DNA of 64,000 bases from Steroidobacterales bacterium (GCA_038226325.1 JBBRQO010000015.1:31278-95277); one strand, 5' to 3'; numbered from the stretch's first letter, positions 10,115 through 20,743 are shown. Notes: generated by a model not told the origin, from the sequence alone. Numbers and translations: made by a program.

Positions 10115-10402
10115 ATGCCTGGCAGCGCAGCCGCAGCGTCTCAAAATTCCTCGCCATGTTGCGCTCGGAACTCGGCAACGCTGGGAACTATTCCAGGTTT
10201 GTTCCGAGCCGCGCTGGAAGTGCGGCAATTAGCGTTTGAGGACGAGGCCGCCGTGGAGGAAGCGTTTTACAACTGGCAGGAGGGCGTCCAGAGCGGATTT
10301 TCCGACTGCATCATTATGGTTCACAAAAGGCGCCTCGGATGCCGCTCAACGGTGACCTTTGACGGGCGGGCCACGCGGCTACCAGGCGCATCTAAGGCGT
10401 AG
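10115..10402 (+). pseudogene. PIN-domain (VapC-like) toxin remnant, C-terminal half only
   Basis: The C-terminus ..GFSDCIIMVHKRRLGCRSTVTFDGRATRLPGA matches the ..DFADCLI......G....TFD....LPG end of VapC/PIN toxins. The upstream part of the frame is not PIN-like, and no intact N-terminal acidic motif or antitoxin gene was found. Confidence 0.35.
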
Positions 10403-10484
10403 CAACTCTCCAAATTAGTGGCAACGAACACGGAAATGAGTCGCAGGCAGCGGCGGGAACGTCAGCTCAGCACAGGTCCTATTT

Positions 10485-11171
10485 ATGGGGCAGAATTTCG
10501 CGGTAATTATTCTCGGAGGCACCGGGCAAGTCGGCGGTGCGGCTGTCTCGGAGCTGCTGACCATTCCGGAATGCCGAGAAGTGGTGATGGTCACCAGACA
10601 GCCCATTGCAGCGCGATCTCGAGTGCGCAATGTCGTTCTTGATACCGGCACGGCTGACTTTGCACAGCACATTTCCGCACTGGCTCGCGAAGTGTTAAGC
10701 CAAGGTCCAGTCAGCGCGGTGAGCTGTGTGGGTGTCGGTTCTGGATCGACGCGCTGGAGCGAAGAAGAATTGAGGCGACTTGAACTTGGCGTCGTCGGTA
10801 CCTTTGCACGTGGCTGCCATGACGCCGGAATCGTCCAGTTCTGCCTGCTTTCTGCGGTAGGAAGCACGCCCCGCAGTCGGTTTCGCTATGTGCGGATAAT
10901 GGGCATGAAGGAAGACACGGTGCGCAATATCGGTTTTACCCGCCTCGCCATCTTTCGCCCCGGCATTATTGTCGGTAACGCGAATACGCCTGCTTGGCTC
11001 GGTTGGTTGGGAAGACTCGTGCCGGGGTCGTATGGCAATATTGATCTGCGAATTCTTGGTCGTTCAATCGCCGCAGAGATAGCTTTGCACAGCCGGGAGG
11101 GTGGTGAAGTCATCCGCGAAAATGCGGCAATGAAAAAACTCGCTGCACATCTCAATAGCGTGACTTCATGA
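10485..11171 (+). CDS. NAD(P)H-binding Rossmann protein (atypical SDR / HTATIP2-like oxidoreductase)
   Basis: 228 aa with an N-terminal VIILGGTGQVGGAAVSELL dinucleotide-binding motif. Confidence 0.75.
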   Translation: MGQNFAVIILGGTGQVGGAAVSELLTIPECREVVMVTRQPIAARSRVRNVVLDTGTADFAQHISALAREVLSQGPVSAVSCVGVGSGSTRWSEEELRRLELGVVGTFARGCHDAGIVQFCLLSAVGSTPRSRFRYVRIMGMKEDTVRNIGFTRLAIFRPGIIVGNANTPAWLGWLGRLVPGSYGNIDLRILGRSIAAEIALHSREGGEVIRENAAMKKLAAHLNSVTS

Positions 11172-11229
11172 CGATTCCGGCTAATGCCCAAGGAATGACT
11201 TGGAGGCACCGCTGGCAATTACGACGTCG

Positions 11230-12372
11230 TCAGCTCAACCCGGATCCGGGCGTGATTTCGCCGTTACGAAGCCTGATGCATTGCAGGGAAATGGCTAGTT
11301 CATCTTCGTACCGGCGGATGAGGCGCGCCTCGGTTTCCGTGACCAGCGACACTGCCGTACCCTTCGATCCGGCACGTGCCGTGCGGCCGACTCTGTGCAG
11401 ATAGGCCTTGCTCATCGTCGGTATGTCAAGATTGAAGATGTGGGTTACGCCGGGTATGTTGAGGCCGCGGGCAGCTAGGTCGGATGCAATCATGATGCGG
11501 ATGGCGCCGCTGCGAATTCCATCCATCGCCCGCTTGCGCTCCATCTTAGATAGCTCTGAATTCAGGTCCGCGACAGCCAGTTTGTGATGGATCAACTTCG
11601 AGGCAACCTCTTCGGCTACGTCGTTGCGATGCACGAACACGATCGAGCGCGGCACCTCGAATGCATGCAGCAGCTTGCGCAACATGTCAGGTTTGTCCCG
11701 GCTTTCGCAAACCAGAAACAGATGATCGATGTTCTCGTTGACCGCCGCTGCACCTGCTCGAAGCATCACGACATCCGGCGCCAGAGTAGCCAAGACCTGA
11801 CGAGTCTGCTGCTCGATGGTTGCAGACGCAAAAATAAGCTGTCGAGTCCGCGGCGTCGCGCTGACGATTGTCTGAATCCAATTCAAACTTTCCTCGTTCA
11901 ACATGCGGTCGGCTTCATCGATGACGACCGCGCGGATGTGCGCCGTTTTCAGCTTGCCCCGCTCGAGAAGTTCAACGATGCGTCCGGGCGAGCCCACCAC
12001 GACGTGGGGTTTGGTCTTGAGCTTGTCGATCTGCCGGTCGGTCGCCGTACCTCCGATGAGCAAAACCGAGCGTATGGCACGCGCTGCGTTTAGCGCAAGT
12101 TCACATGATTGGCGATGGATCTGGATGGCTAATTCGTGGGTGGGCGCGACGATCACGACTTGGGTCGCAGCCTGCGCAGGATCAATGCGCATAAAAAGAG
12201 GCAGCAAATAAGCCAATGTTTTGCCGGTTCCAGTCTCCGCTCGCAAATACGCGTCCTTCCCTGCAGCCAGCGGCGGAATTGCGGCGATTTGAATCGGTGT
12301 GGGATCGGATATCTGTTGCTTCGCGAGCGCAGCTACGAGTTCGGAGGGAAGGGAAAGATCGGCAAACTTCAT
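11230..12372 (-). CDS. DEAD-box ATP-dependent RNA helicase
   Basis: Motifs AETGTGKT (I), VIDEADRM (II, DEAD), SAT (III) and HRVGRTARAG (VI), in the canonical order. Confidence 0.9.
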   Translation of the reverse strand: MKFADLSLPSELVAALAKQQISDPTPIQIAAIPPLAAGKDAYLRAETGTGKTLAYLLPLFMRIDPAQAATQVVIVAPTHELAIQIHRQSCELALNAARAIRSVLLIGGTATDRQIDKLKTKPHVVVGSPGRIVELLERGKLKTAHIRAVVIDEADRMLNEESLNWIQTIVSATPRTRQLIFASATIEQQTRQVLATLAPDVVMLRAGAAAVNENIDHLFLVCESRDKPDMLRKLLHAFEVPRSIVFVHRNDVAEEVASKLIHHKLAVADLNSELSKMERKRAMDGIRSGAIRIMIASDLAARGLNIPGVTHIFNLDIPTMSKAYLHRVGRTARAGSKGTAVSLVTETEARLIRRYEDELAISLQCIRLRNGEITPGSGLS

Positions 12373-12852
12373 GAAATCAAACTCGCAATGGTAGTCAGCA
12401 ACACGGGCGCGGCTTCACATCGCCGCCTGAACGAAGGCAGCCTATCAACTCTAGCGCGGGCAATACCGATGTCGATCAGGGATGGCAATGCGCTTTCGGG
12501 AAATCTACTGTGGGAGATGCGCTCATTGGCAATGTATACAATAGATGCGATGCAATCGTTTTGTTTGCCTTAAACACATAATAGACGGAATAATAGATGG
12601 GATGGCATCTTTTGCGGGGGCTTCATGTTGGTATCCATGGAATCCACTGACCAGCTTGGCCGTATGGTCCGAGCATCCCGGCGTACCCAAAAGAAATCGG
12701 CAGGTTCTCTGGGTCAAGAGACTTACGAAGACGACTTCGAGCAGGCATAAATAAATACTGCCGCCGCAAGACGCATCCTGGCTTCGCACCCTGACTTCTA
12801 AAGGTCGTTCCCCTGGCATCCAACCTACCCTTTTCCGGGTAATCTTGGAATC

Positions 12853-14400
12853 ATGGCGTTATTCGAACACTTGGTGCTCTTGCTCTTTGTAGCTGCCGTA
12901 CTTCTTGCCGGCTCCCGCCGGCTCGGGCTGCCGTATCCCACATTGTTATCAGTCGCCGGCGTCGCAGTCGCGTTCTTGCCGTTTTCGCCAACCATTCAGA
13001 TTGATCCGCGCTTAGCACTGGTGATTTTCATTGCACCCGCCTTGCTCGACGCCGCCTACGACACGGCGCCTCGAGATCTAAAACGACTGTGGGTGCCTTT
13101 GCTGGCGCTGGCAGTGGGGGCGGTGGTCATAACGACCGCCACCGTGGCCGCCGCAGGCTGGTACTTTGCCGGCCTGCCGGTCGCGGCGGCGGTAGCTTTG
13201 GGTGCCATTGTGGCGCCGACCGACGCCGTCGCCGTCAATGCCGTCACAAATCGCATCGATCTGCCGCGTCATGGTTCTTTGGTGATTCAGGGCGAGAGTT
13301 TGCTCAATGACGCTACCGCGCTGCTCATTTTCGGAGTCGCCACCGCGGCGGCATTGCAATCCGATACGGACAATGGATTGGCGCGCATCGTGCTTGCAGT
13401 TCCGGGCGGCATTGTGCTCGGACTGGTATTAGGGAAATTCTACGTTGCCATAGCCGACGCATTTTCCGGTACCCAGTCAAGCATCATCATGCAGTTCACC
13501 GGCACTTTCGGTGTCTGGCTGCTGGCTGAGCGCCTAGAAGTGTCTCCCGTGCTCGCGGTCGTAGCTTACGCCATGGTGATCGGCCAAATCATGCCTGGCC
13601 GTGTGACGGCTCGCGACCGGGTGCAGTCCTACGCGGTCTGGGCTGCCGTGGTATTCGTCCTCAATGTGCTTGCGTTTCTCTTTATGGGATTGCAAACCCG
13701 CGCCATCATTGTCGCACTGCCTCATGAGCAACTGTGGCCGGCGCTGCGGTTTGCCTTGCTCGTTCTAGCTACCGTCATCATCGTCCGCATTGTCGTTCTC
13801 GTCGTCTATCACGCAGTGAGCAGTCACGTATGGCATGCGTTACAGCCCTCCTGGCTCCCCAAACCCCTCTCATGGCGGGGCACTTTGGTTATTTCATGGT
13901 GCGGAACGCGGGGATTGTTGACGCTAGCGACTTCTTTTGCATTGCCGCCAAATTTCCCCGACCGAAACTTGATTGTGCTGAGCGCGATGAGCGTGGTGTT
14001 AGGAACACTGATCATCCAAGGCATGACGCTCAGGCCGCTAATTCAGTGGGCGGGTATTGGCGATGATAAGGAGTTCAAAGCAGCCATGAGCAAGGCACGC
14101 ATGCAGATCATCGAGGCTGGCCTTGCATCTGCCGAGAGCGAGCCCCCGGCGGTCGCGAACATGCTCAAGAAACAGCTTCAGGAGACCATGGCCGTGGCCG
14201 GCTCTCGGCGTGATCCACAGGCGCCCACCCGCTTCGACACGGGGCTGGCACGCGCGGTGGCTGCACAGCGATATAAATTGCACGATCTGCGGGGTGCGGG
14301 CGAAATCGAAGAGAACGTGTATCATGAACTTGAGCAAGAGTTGGACTGGCTCGAGCTTTCCGCGCTACCGAGCAGCGAAATCGAGGTACAGGACATCTAA
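12853..14400 (+). CDS. Na+/H+ antiporter, CPA1 (NhaP-type) family
   Basis: 515 aa, 11-12 hydrophobic helices, conserved CPA1 block GESLLNDATALLIFG, hydrophilic C-terminal tail. Confidence 0.85.
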   Translation: MALFEHLVLLLFVAAVLLAGSRRLGLPYPTLLSVAGVAVAFLPFSPTIQIDPRLALVIFIAPALLDAAYDTAPRDLKRLWVPLLALAVGAVVITTATVAAAGWYFAGLPVAAAVALGAIVAPTDAVAVNAVTNRIDLPRHGSLVIQGESLLNDATALLIFGVATAAALQSDTDNGLARIVLAVPGGIVLGLVLGKFYVAIADAFSGTQSSIIMQFTGTFGVWLLAERLEVSPVLAVVAYAMVIGQIMPGRVTARDRVQSYAVWAAVVFVLNVLAFLFMGLQTRAIIVALPHEQLWPALRFALLVLATVIIVRIVVLVVYHAVSSHVWHALQPSWLPKPLSWRGTLVISWCGTRGLLTLATSFALPPNFPDRNLIVLSAMSVVLGTLIIQGMTLRPLIQWAGIGDDKEFKAAMSKARMQIIEAGLASAESEPPAVANMLKKQLQETMAVAGSRRDPQAPTRFDTGLARAVAAQRYKLHDLRGAGEIEENVYHELEQELDWLELSALPSSEIEVQDI

Positions 14401-14430
14401 GGTAGGAACAGCATCTTGCCCTGTGTGTCC

Positions 14431-14792
14431 CCGGTATCCGTCTTGCGTTTCGGCAAGCAGGCCCTGGTGAAGTAGTGCGCGGATGAGATTGCGCCACTCC
14501 TGGAATGGTTCTTGCCGATGCCGTAGACGCCCAACTCGTCATGATTGAGCCAAAGTACACGCTGGGAGCGACTGCCGCGCAGTATGTCCATCAGTGTACT
14601 GCGCCGAATCGCTCGCGCCGCTGCGCCAGCCGTGCCACGCATTAGAGCAGCTGTTTGGCTTCGAGAGTACACACGTCCTGCTTTCGTGGCTTGCAGCAGT
14701 TGTCGCATGTGCCGCAGTGTGGCGCATAGTCTTCGTCAAAGTAACGCAGTTGGATGGCGCGACGTCATTCGGTTGACTCGGTGTAGCTCAAT
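14431..14792 (-). pseudogene. recQ fragment (relic copy of the Zn-finger/RQC-encoding part of recQ)
   Basis: Aligns base-for-base with 31421-31786 inside the intact recQ, roughly 85-90 percent identity by eye. There is a 4-nt gap (ctcctg/gaatgg versus ctcctgtgtggaatgg), other indels, and stops. The relic translates MDILRGSRSQRVLWLNHDELGVYGIGKNHS, versus RecQ MIDILRGSRSARVLSLNHDGLSVYGIGKNHS. Confidence 0.8.
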
Positions 14793-14815
14793 CGAGCGTG
14801 GCACCGCAAAGCCGG

Positions 14816-17074
14816 CTAAAAGTCCTTCCATTCCTCTTCCGCCGCCACGCCTCCGCCGCGAGTTGGGACGGAGACCACGGGAGCGGCAGGCAACTTTCTT
14901 TTGCCGCTCAAGGGCCGATTCGCGCCGCGGCGCTCGGTCGGTACATCGGCAATTACGGATATGCTCGGCCGCGTTGCCCTTCGTGGAGTCTCCGCATTCA
15001 CGACTTCTCTCACCCGAAAACGCGCGATTAGTCGCGACAAACTCGCCGCTTGCTCTGTGAGCGCCTGCGTGGCCGCCGAGGCTTGCTCCACCAGGGCGGC
15101 GTTCTGCTGGGTCACGTCATCCATCATCGTGATCGCGCGGTTGACTTGTTCGATGCCCGACGATTGTTCGCGGCTCGAGCTGGCTATCTCGGCCATGACG
15201 TCCGTCACTTTCGTCACTCCGGCGACGATCTGCGCCAGCACTTTTCCGGAATCGTCCACCAGTTTGCTGCCTTGTGTGACTTCGCGCACCGAGTCGTGAA
15301 TCAACACCTTGATTTCTTTGGCTGCTTGCGCACTGCGTGACGCCAGGTTCCTGACTTCCGAAGCGACCACTGCGAAGCCGCGTCCCTGTTCCCCGGCCCG
15401 GGCGGCCTCAACGGCCGCGTTGAGCGCCAGTAGATTGGTCTGAAATGCAATCTCGTCGATGACGCTGATGATGTTGGCGATGCGCTTCGAGGACGCGTTG
15501 ATTTCACTCATTGCCGCGACGGCTGCATTGACCACCACTCCGCCGCGCTCCGCCTGCTCTCGAGCCGCGGTGGCAAACTCGTTCGCCCGGGAGGCGTTGT
15601 CGGCATTGTTGCGTACGGTGGATGTCATCTCTTCCATCGAAGAAGCTGTCTGCTCCAGACTTGATGCCTGCTCTTCGGTGCGCTGACTCAGATCGGCGTT
15701 GCCTCGCGAAATCTCCTCCGCGCCACCGCGAACCTGGGCCGCCGCCCGCGTCATGCTGCGCACGACCTCTTCCATGCTCTCCAGCAAACGGTTCACGCCC
15801 CCGGCCAGGAATTTGAAGAATCCATCTTTGCCTTGCTCTGCGATTCGAACCGTCAAGTCGCCGTCGATGGCCTTGTCCACGATCGCCTGCACTTCCTCCT
15901 CCGTGGCCACTTCTTGGGTCCGGTCAAGCCACTGCACCACCGTCCCGACCCGCTGCCCCTCGTCTACTATCGGGTTGACTACGATTCGCAGCCTGGCATC
16001 ACCAATGGGCAAGTCTATCGCCCGGCCGGCAGCCAGGCCATCCAGCTGCAGACCCTGTAGAGAGGGCAGATTTTGAAACATCGCGAATGACCCGCCTATG
16101 AGCTGCTCTGGATCGAACAGCGCGACTTCCCTGCGGATCTCCAGCGCGTGACTATAAAACAATGTTCGGGCCGCATCGTTGACGTAGACAATTCTACCTT
16201 CCGCATCGCACAGCATCGCCCCTGCCGACACCTTGTCCAGGGCCATTCGAATGCGCGAATTCTCCGCCGCGGAGACAGTCTCCTTCTCCGTGCGTTCGCG
16301 CAGCGCTGATTGCATGCGCATCAGGCCTTCGAGTGTCCGCCCGATTTCATCTTTGGATGTCACCGTCACGTGGCTCGCATAGTTGCCCTTTTCTATTTCG
16401 CCCAGCACATCCGTCGCGGCGTTCAGGGGAATCCGGATGGCACGAGTCAACAAAAATGCCAGCAGGCATGCAGCCGCCACGGCAGAAAGCGAAAGGATGG
16501 TGAGCAGGCGCCGAGTATTTTGGTAGGATGCTTCGAGGTCGTTCGTACGCTCACGAATCTGCGCTTTTTTCTGATCGACCAATTTTTCCAAAGCATGCAT
16601 GACTGCGAGCTGTGCAGGTCGCGCCCGCTGCAGCAGGGTGGCCTTAGCCGCCTTGAGATCGCCGGCTTCCACTTGCCGCAGATATTCATCATCGAGGGGC
16701 GTCAAGTTGGCGCGCGCCTCCAACGCCACCTGTAACAGGGTCTTGGCTGCAGATGAATCGACGCTCGCTGTCAGCGTGTCGGCATATTCATTTCTTTTGT
16801 CAGCCAGGGCGCGCACCTGTTCGATCTCTTCCTGGATCTGCGCTTTATCTTCCATGATCAAGATATTGCTCGTGTGGCGCATGGACTCCGAAAGACTGGC
16901 GGCCCACGCATGGGCCATTTCAACCTTGTTGAACTCGGGACCGGTGAGTTCATTCACGGCGGCATTGAAGCCTGCCAAGCGGGTGAGGCTCAGGCCTACG
17001 GCAACGGCGAACACCGCGATCACGCCCGCGAAGGAGATGGCAAGCTTAGCGCCGACGGAATTCCGAAAACTCAT
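14816..17074 (-). CDS. methyl-accepting chemotaxis protein (two TM helices, periplasmic helical sensor, HAMP, PAS, signalling domain, C-terminal xWxxF pentapeptide)
   Basis: 752 aa. Highly conserved MCP hairpin tip ..[37 protein letters not shown]... Ends ..EEEWKDF, an xWxxF CheR/CheB tethering pentapeptide. Confidence 0.9.
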   Translation of the reverse strand: MSFRNSVGAKLAISFAGVIAVFAVAVGLSLTRLAGFNAAVNELTGPEFNKVEMAHAWAASLSESMRHTSNILIMEDKAQIQEEIEQVRALADKRNEYADTLTASVDSSAAKTLLQVALEARANLTPLDDEYLRQVEAGDLKAAKATLLQRARPAQLAVMHALEKLVDQKKAQIRERTNDLEASYQNTRRLLTILSLSAVAAACLLAFLLTRAIRIPLNAATDVLGEIEKGNYASHVTVTSKDEIGRTLEGLMRMQSALRERTEKETVSAAENSRIRMALDKVSAGAMLCDAEGRIVYVNDAARTLFYSHALEIRREVALFDPEQLIGGSFAMFQNLPSLQGLQLDGLAAGRAIDLPIGDARLRIVVNPIVDEGQRVGTVVQWLDRTQEVATEEEVQAIVDKAIDGDLTVRIAEQGKDGFFKFLAGGVNRLLESMEEVVRSMTRAAAQVRGGAEEISRGNADLSQRTEEQASSLEQTASSMEEMTSTVRNNADNASRANEFATAAREQAERGGVVVNAAVAAMSEINASSKRIANIISVIDEIAFQTNLLALNAAVEAARAGEQGRGFAVVASEVRNLASRSAQAAKEIKVLIHDSVREVTQGSKLVDDSGKVLAQIVAGVTKVTDVMAEIASSSREQSSGIEQVNRAITMMDDVTQQNAALVEQASAATQALTEQAASLSRLIARFRVREVVNAETPRRATRPSISVIADVPTERRGANRPLSGKRKLPAAPVVSVPTRGGGVAAEEEWKDF

Positions 17075-17138
17075 ATAGATCTCCAGGTACTCATTCTTCG
17101 ACGTCGCGCGCCACCACCTCCTGTGGTCGTCTGCCTAC

Positions 17139-17165
17139 TTATCGGATCTGCGGGCGGTTTCTTGA
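17139..17165 (-). promoter_or_regulatory. sigma-28 (FliA)-type promoter candidate for the MCP gene
   Basis: The reverse strand reads TCAA-GAAACCGCCCGCAGA-TCCGATAA. That is TCAA-N15-TCCGATAA against the consensus TAAA-N15-GCCGATAA, about 65 nt upstream of the MCP start. Confidence 0.45.
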
Positions 17166-17180
17166 GGCGCGGGACCGTGA

Positions 17181-17660
17181 CTACGCAGAGAGCAAGGTCA
17201 TTACGCCACCGCCATACTTCGGCAGCTGCAGCTGAAACTCTCGGCGGCCCCGTGGAGCCTGCAGCAGCGCCGCAGCCGGCCCCGGCAGCGAATGAGCAGC
17301 ATATAGTTGGTCCAGCCTCAAATGCGGCGACGCATCGTCCATCATGAGGCGGGTACAAATATTCATGATCTCGCGTACATTATCTTTCATGACATCCGTG
17401 AGTTGCCGCGTTTTTGCGGCATCCTTGACCACGGCCACGGGCAGCATGGAGAAGGCCGCGCCGAAGCTCACCGCGAGATTCGCATCTGCGCCGCACAAGG
17501 CGGCGGGATCGCCGTTATCGGACACAAAGACTCCGAACCAGGCGCCTCCGTTGAGCGTTTGATCGAATGGGCCCCCGGGCTTTACCACAAGCCCATCGAA
17601 AAGTGTTCCCAGAATCTGCAGTATTTTCTGGGTATCGGGGAGGGGACACGTCGTAGCCAT
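17181..17660 (-). CDS. CheX/CheC-like protein (putative CheY-P phosphatase)
   Basis: 159 aa, immediately downstream of cheY. Contains D-x3-E-x2-N (DNVREIMN), the CheC/CheX/FliY active-site motif. It is preceded by a ..AALCGADANLAVSFGAAFSML.. strand-helix pattern like CheX. The proline spacing after the motif is not canonical. Confidence 0.5.
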   Translation of the reverse strand: MATTCPLPDTQKILQILGTLFDGLVVKPGGPFDQTLNGGAWFGVFVSDNGDPAALCGADANLAVSFGAAFSMLPVAVVKDAAKTRQLTDVMKDNVREIMNICTRLMMDDASPHLRLDQLYAAHSLPGPAAALLQAPRGRREFQLQLPKYGGGVMTLLSA

Positions 17661-17689
17661 GGTATCTGCCTATCCAGAGCGCATACGAA

Positions 17690-18052
17690 TCAGTGTATGT
17701 GTTTGCTCAGCTGTGTTTTGAAAGTTTCCGGCGTGAACGGCTTCGAAATCAGAAATTGGGCGCCGGCGCCCAAAGCCTTCGCGATCATGTCCGGTGTCGC
17801 CTCGGTGGTGACGAAACCAAACGTAAGTTTGACTCCGCCGTTCACCAATGCCTCGAGTAATTGCAGCCCGGTCATATTGGGCATGTTCCAGTCGCACAGT
17901 ACGAGATCCGGCTTGCATGACTTGATGGCGGCCAACGCCTTGGCGCCATCGTCAGCTTCGGTGATATCGTGACCTTCGAATCCGGCAAGGCGCAGGGTCT
18001 TCTTGACGATCATCCGCATCGCGGCGGAATCATCGACGACCAGTATTTTCAT
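17690..18052 (-). CDS. cheY: chemotaxis response regulator CheY
   Basis: Internal ATG of ORF 17690..18112, preceded by GGAGGAGAG. MKILVVDDSAAMR...DLVLCDWNMPNMTG...FLISKPF carries the receiver acidic pocket, phospho-Asp and Lys. Confidence 0.9.
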   Translation of the reverse strand: MKILVVDDSAAMRMIVKKTLRLAGFEGHDITEADDGAKALAAIKSCKPDLVLCDWNMPNMTGLQLLEALVNGGVKLTFGFVTTEATPDMIAKALGAGAQFLISKPFTPETFKTQLSKHIH

Positions 18053-18121
18053 CTCTCCTCCTAGGGCCCTATGAGGTAGTCGGCGTGCGGCTGAAGTTCT
18101 TGAAATGAACAAGCAAAACCC

Positions 18122-19231
18122 TTAAGCCAGTGGAGGGTTGCGCTGCATCGCACCAGGCACTGCGCTCACGAGGCCCAGGATTTGCGCCGCGATGTGCTGC
18201 AGTGCATGCAGTGACTGCGCCGCTCCAATTTGCCAGGCGGCCCCCGGCATGCCCCAAACCACACTCGTATTTTCGTCCTGCGCAATAGTTGCAGCACCTG
18301 CCTCCTTCATTTCCTTCAAGCCTTCGGCGCCGTCGCGGCCCATGCCGGTGAGAATGACTCCGACGGAGTGACAGCCTGCGCTCTGGGCAACGGAGCGAAA
18401 CAGCACGTCAACGGACGGACGGTGGCGATTGACCAATGCTCCGTCGTTGAGGTGGCATCGATAACCGGCACCCTCTCGGAGCACCAGCAAGTGGCAATCG
18501 CCGGGAGCGATGTAGGCATGCCCCGCCAGAATGGGTTGCCCGTCCTGTGCTTCGCATACGATGAGCTCCGAGCAGGCGTTCATGCGGTTAGTAAACGCTG
18601 CGCTGAATGCCTTCGGAATATGCTGTGCAATGACAACGCCAGGTGTGTTCTGCGGTAAGTGCACGAGGATCTCCTTTATGGCTTCCGTGCCGCCGGTCGA
18701 GGCTCCTATGGCCACGATTCGACCCGAGGGCGCGGAATGCGTCACCGGCACGCGTTTTGGCAGCACTGCGTCAGCATTATGCAGCGGCTCTACGAGCGGC
18801 CAGGGATGGTCCCTGAGCGGTTGCACCCGAGCTTGGGCCGCCACCTTGACCTTGGCAATGATTTCCTGGGCGCAGTCCTTCATCCCTCGCGACACATTTA
18901 CTGTCGGTTTCGCCACGAAGTCGATGGCGCCAAGTGCGAGCGCGTCGAGCGCCGTCTCCGCACCCTGCTGCGTGAGCGATGAGCACATGACCACGGGCAT
19001 CGGCCGCAGACGCATGAGATTGCGCAAGAAGACAAGGCCGTCCATACGCGGCATCTCGACGTCGAGCGTGAGAACGTCGGGATTCAGAGCTTTGATCTTG
19101 TCTCGCGCTACATAGGGATCCGCCGCGGTTCCCACCACTTCGATTTGCGGGTCCGAACCGAGAATCTCGGACAGAATCTGCCGCATGACCGAGGAGTCAT
19201 CGACCACCAAAACGCGAATTTTCCTTTGCAT
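18122..19231 (-). CDS. cheB: protein-glutamate methylesterase/glutaminase CheB
   Basis: 369 aa with an N-terminal receiver (IRVLVVDDSSVMR..DVLTLDVEMPRMDG) and a C-terminal methylesterase domain (IVAIGASTGGTEA, GVILTGMGRDG). Confidence 0.9.
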   Translation of the reverse strand: MQRKIRVLVVDDSSVMRQILSEILGSDPQIEVVGTAADPYVARDKIKALNPDVLTLDVEMPRMDGLVFLRNLMRLRPMPVVMCSSLTQQGAETALDALALGAIDFVAKPTVNVSRGMKDCAQEIIAKVKVAAQARVQPLRDHPWPLVEPLHNADAVLPKRVPVTHSAPSGRIVAIGASTGGTEAIKEILVHLPQNTPGVVIAQHIPKAFSAAFTNRMNACSELIVCEAQDGQPILAGHAYIAPGDCHLLVLREGAGYRCHLNDGALVNRHRPSVDVLFRSVAQSAGCHSVGVILTGMGRDGAEGLKEMKEAGAATIAQDENTSVVWGMPGAAWQIGAAQSLHALQHIAAQILGLVSAVPGAMQRNPPLA

Positions 19232-19247
19232 TGTCTGCCGTTCCTGG

Positions 19248-19907
19248 TCAAGGCAATTGCATGACGTCGGCTGGCGGCGGCGCGCTGCCTGGCGTGTGTT
19301 GGCGTTCGTGTTCGAATACGGTGCGGTTGACGGTCGCGATCAGACGCTTGACGCGCAGCTTGCCGCTCGACGGGCTGTACAAAATCTTACGAGCGAAGCA
19401 GTCTCCGAGATCCTCCGCACTGATGACCAATCCCTCGCTCTTTAGGTAGTCACGCACGAATTGCGCGTTATGAGCGCCCACATCGAACGCCAGATCCAGT
19501 ATTTTGGCGCCCCCGACTACCTTGATTTCGAGATTCTCCCGCTGTCCACCCAACTCCAGAATGTCGCTGACCAATCGTTCCATGGCGACTTTACCGTAGC
19601 GGGTCGCGGAGCTGACTCGATCGGCGGTCCAGGCGCTCGCGCCGCCGGAGCGATCGAGCGGCAGCATGAAATGGTTCATGCCGCCGATCCCCAGCTTGCG
19701 TTCGCGCACACAGGCCGACACACAGGAGCCCAGGACCGTGAAAATCAATTCATCTTGCCGCGTGACGTAGTATTCACCTGGCAAAATTCTGGCAACCGAC
19801 ATGCTCAACTGAGGGTCCCAAGTCCGGCGTACATGCGCAAACTGAGGCAGCCCTTCCGGTATCTGCGGCGCGTCAGTCATTTTTCCCGACGCGCCGATCT
19901 GAGTCAC
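19248..19907 (-). CDS. cheD: chemoreceptor glutamine deamidase CheD
   Basis: 219 aa with ..ILPGEYYVTRQDELIFTVLGSCVSACVRE...GGMNHFMLP.., the CheD catalytic Cys/His blocks. Overlaps cheR by 4 nt. Confidence 0.9.
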   Translation of the reverse strand: MTQIGASGKMTDAPQIPEGLPQFAHVRRTWDPQLSMSVARILPGEYYVTRQDELIFTVLGSCVSACVRERKLGIGGMNHFMLPLDRSGGASAWTADRVSSATRYGKVAMERLVSDILELGGQRENLEIKVVGGAKILDLAFDVGAHNAQFVRDYLKSEGLVISAEDLGDCFARKILYSPSSGKLRVKRLIATVNRTVFEHERQHTPGSAPPPADVMQLP

Positions 19908-20743
19908 TCCACTCTCCGGTAGACGGTCCGGCCGACGAGCCGGTAGCGCTGGGTGACGTTGAATAGATTCTCCGAATGCCCAATGAACAGCCAGCCCCCC
20001 GGTTCTTGAATATCGGCCATGCGATCAAAGAGAGCACGTTGGGTGTCCCTGTCGAAGTAAATGACCACGTTACGGCAAAAAATCACGTCAAACGGGCCCT
20101 TCATCGGCCACGGCTCAAACAGGTTCAGTTGCCTAAACGTGATCAACGACTTGAGTTCATCGGCTGCCGCGCAGAAACCAGGCGTTCCGGCGACCGGGGG
20201 GAACCAGCGTCTCACCCTCGCCGCCGCGACGCTGCTGAGCCGGTCTGCGCCGTATATACCGGCGGCGGCGGTCGCCACCACCTTCGAGTCGATATCCGTG
20301 GCAAGAAGCTTGATATCCCAGCCAAGTAGGTGCGCCAGCGCCTCGCGCATGACCACCGCCATTGAGTACGCTTCTTCACCTGTGGAGCAACCCGCCGACC
20401 AAAGGCGCATGCGTCGCGTGCCGGATCGCTCCCGCTCCAACTGCGGCAAAACTTCCGTGGCGAGCTGTTCGAAGTGATATTTCTCCCGAAAAAAATATGT
20501 CAGATTGGTGGTGATTGCATTGATCAATTCCTGTGTTTCTTCCGCCGGCCTGTCTTCCACCAGCGCACAATACTCAGCGAACGATGTCAGCTTGAGCCTG
20601 CGCAGGCGCCGGGCAAGCCGTCCGTAGACGAGCTCACGCTTGCCATTGGACAAAGAAATTCCCGTATGTTCCCGCACCAGCGCGCGTAAACGGTCGAATT
20701 CGCGGTCGGTCAATTCGAATTCGTGGCTGGCGGGTGAAATCAT
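19904..20743 (-). CDS. cheR: chemotaxis protein methyltransferase CheR
   Basis: True start is M202 of the 480-aa ORF 19904..21346 (MISPASHEFELTDREFDRLRALVREHTGISL). It overlaps the upstream stop as ATGA. SAM-binding block RLWSAGCSTGEEAYS. Confidence 0.9.
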   Translation of the reverse strand: MISPASHEFELTDREFDRLRALVREHTGISLSNGKRELVYGRLARRLRRLKLTSFAEYCALVEDRPAEETQELINAITTNLTYFFREKYHFEQLATEVLPQLERERSGTRRMRLWSAGCSTGEEAYSMAVVMREALAHLLGWDIKLLATDIDSKVVATAAAGIYGADRLSSVAAARVRRWFPPVAGTPGFCAAADELKSLITFRQLNLFEPWPMKGPFDVIFCRNVVIYFDRDTQRALFDRMADIQEPGGWLFIGHSENLFNVTQRYRLVGRTVYRRVE

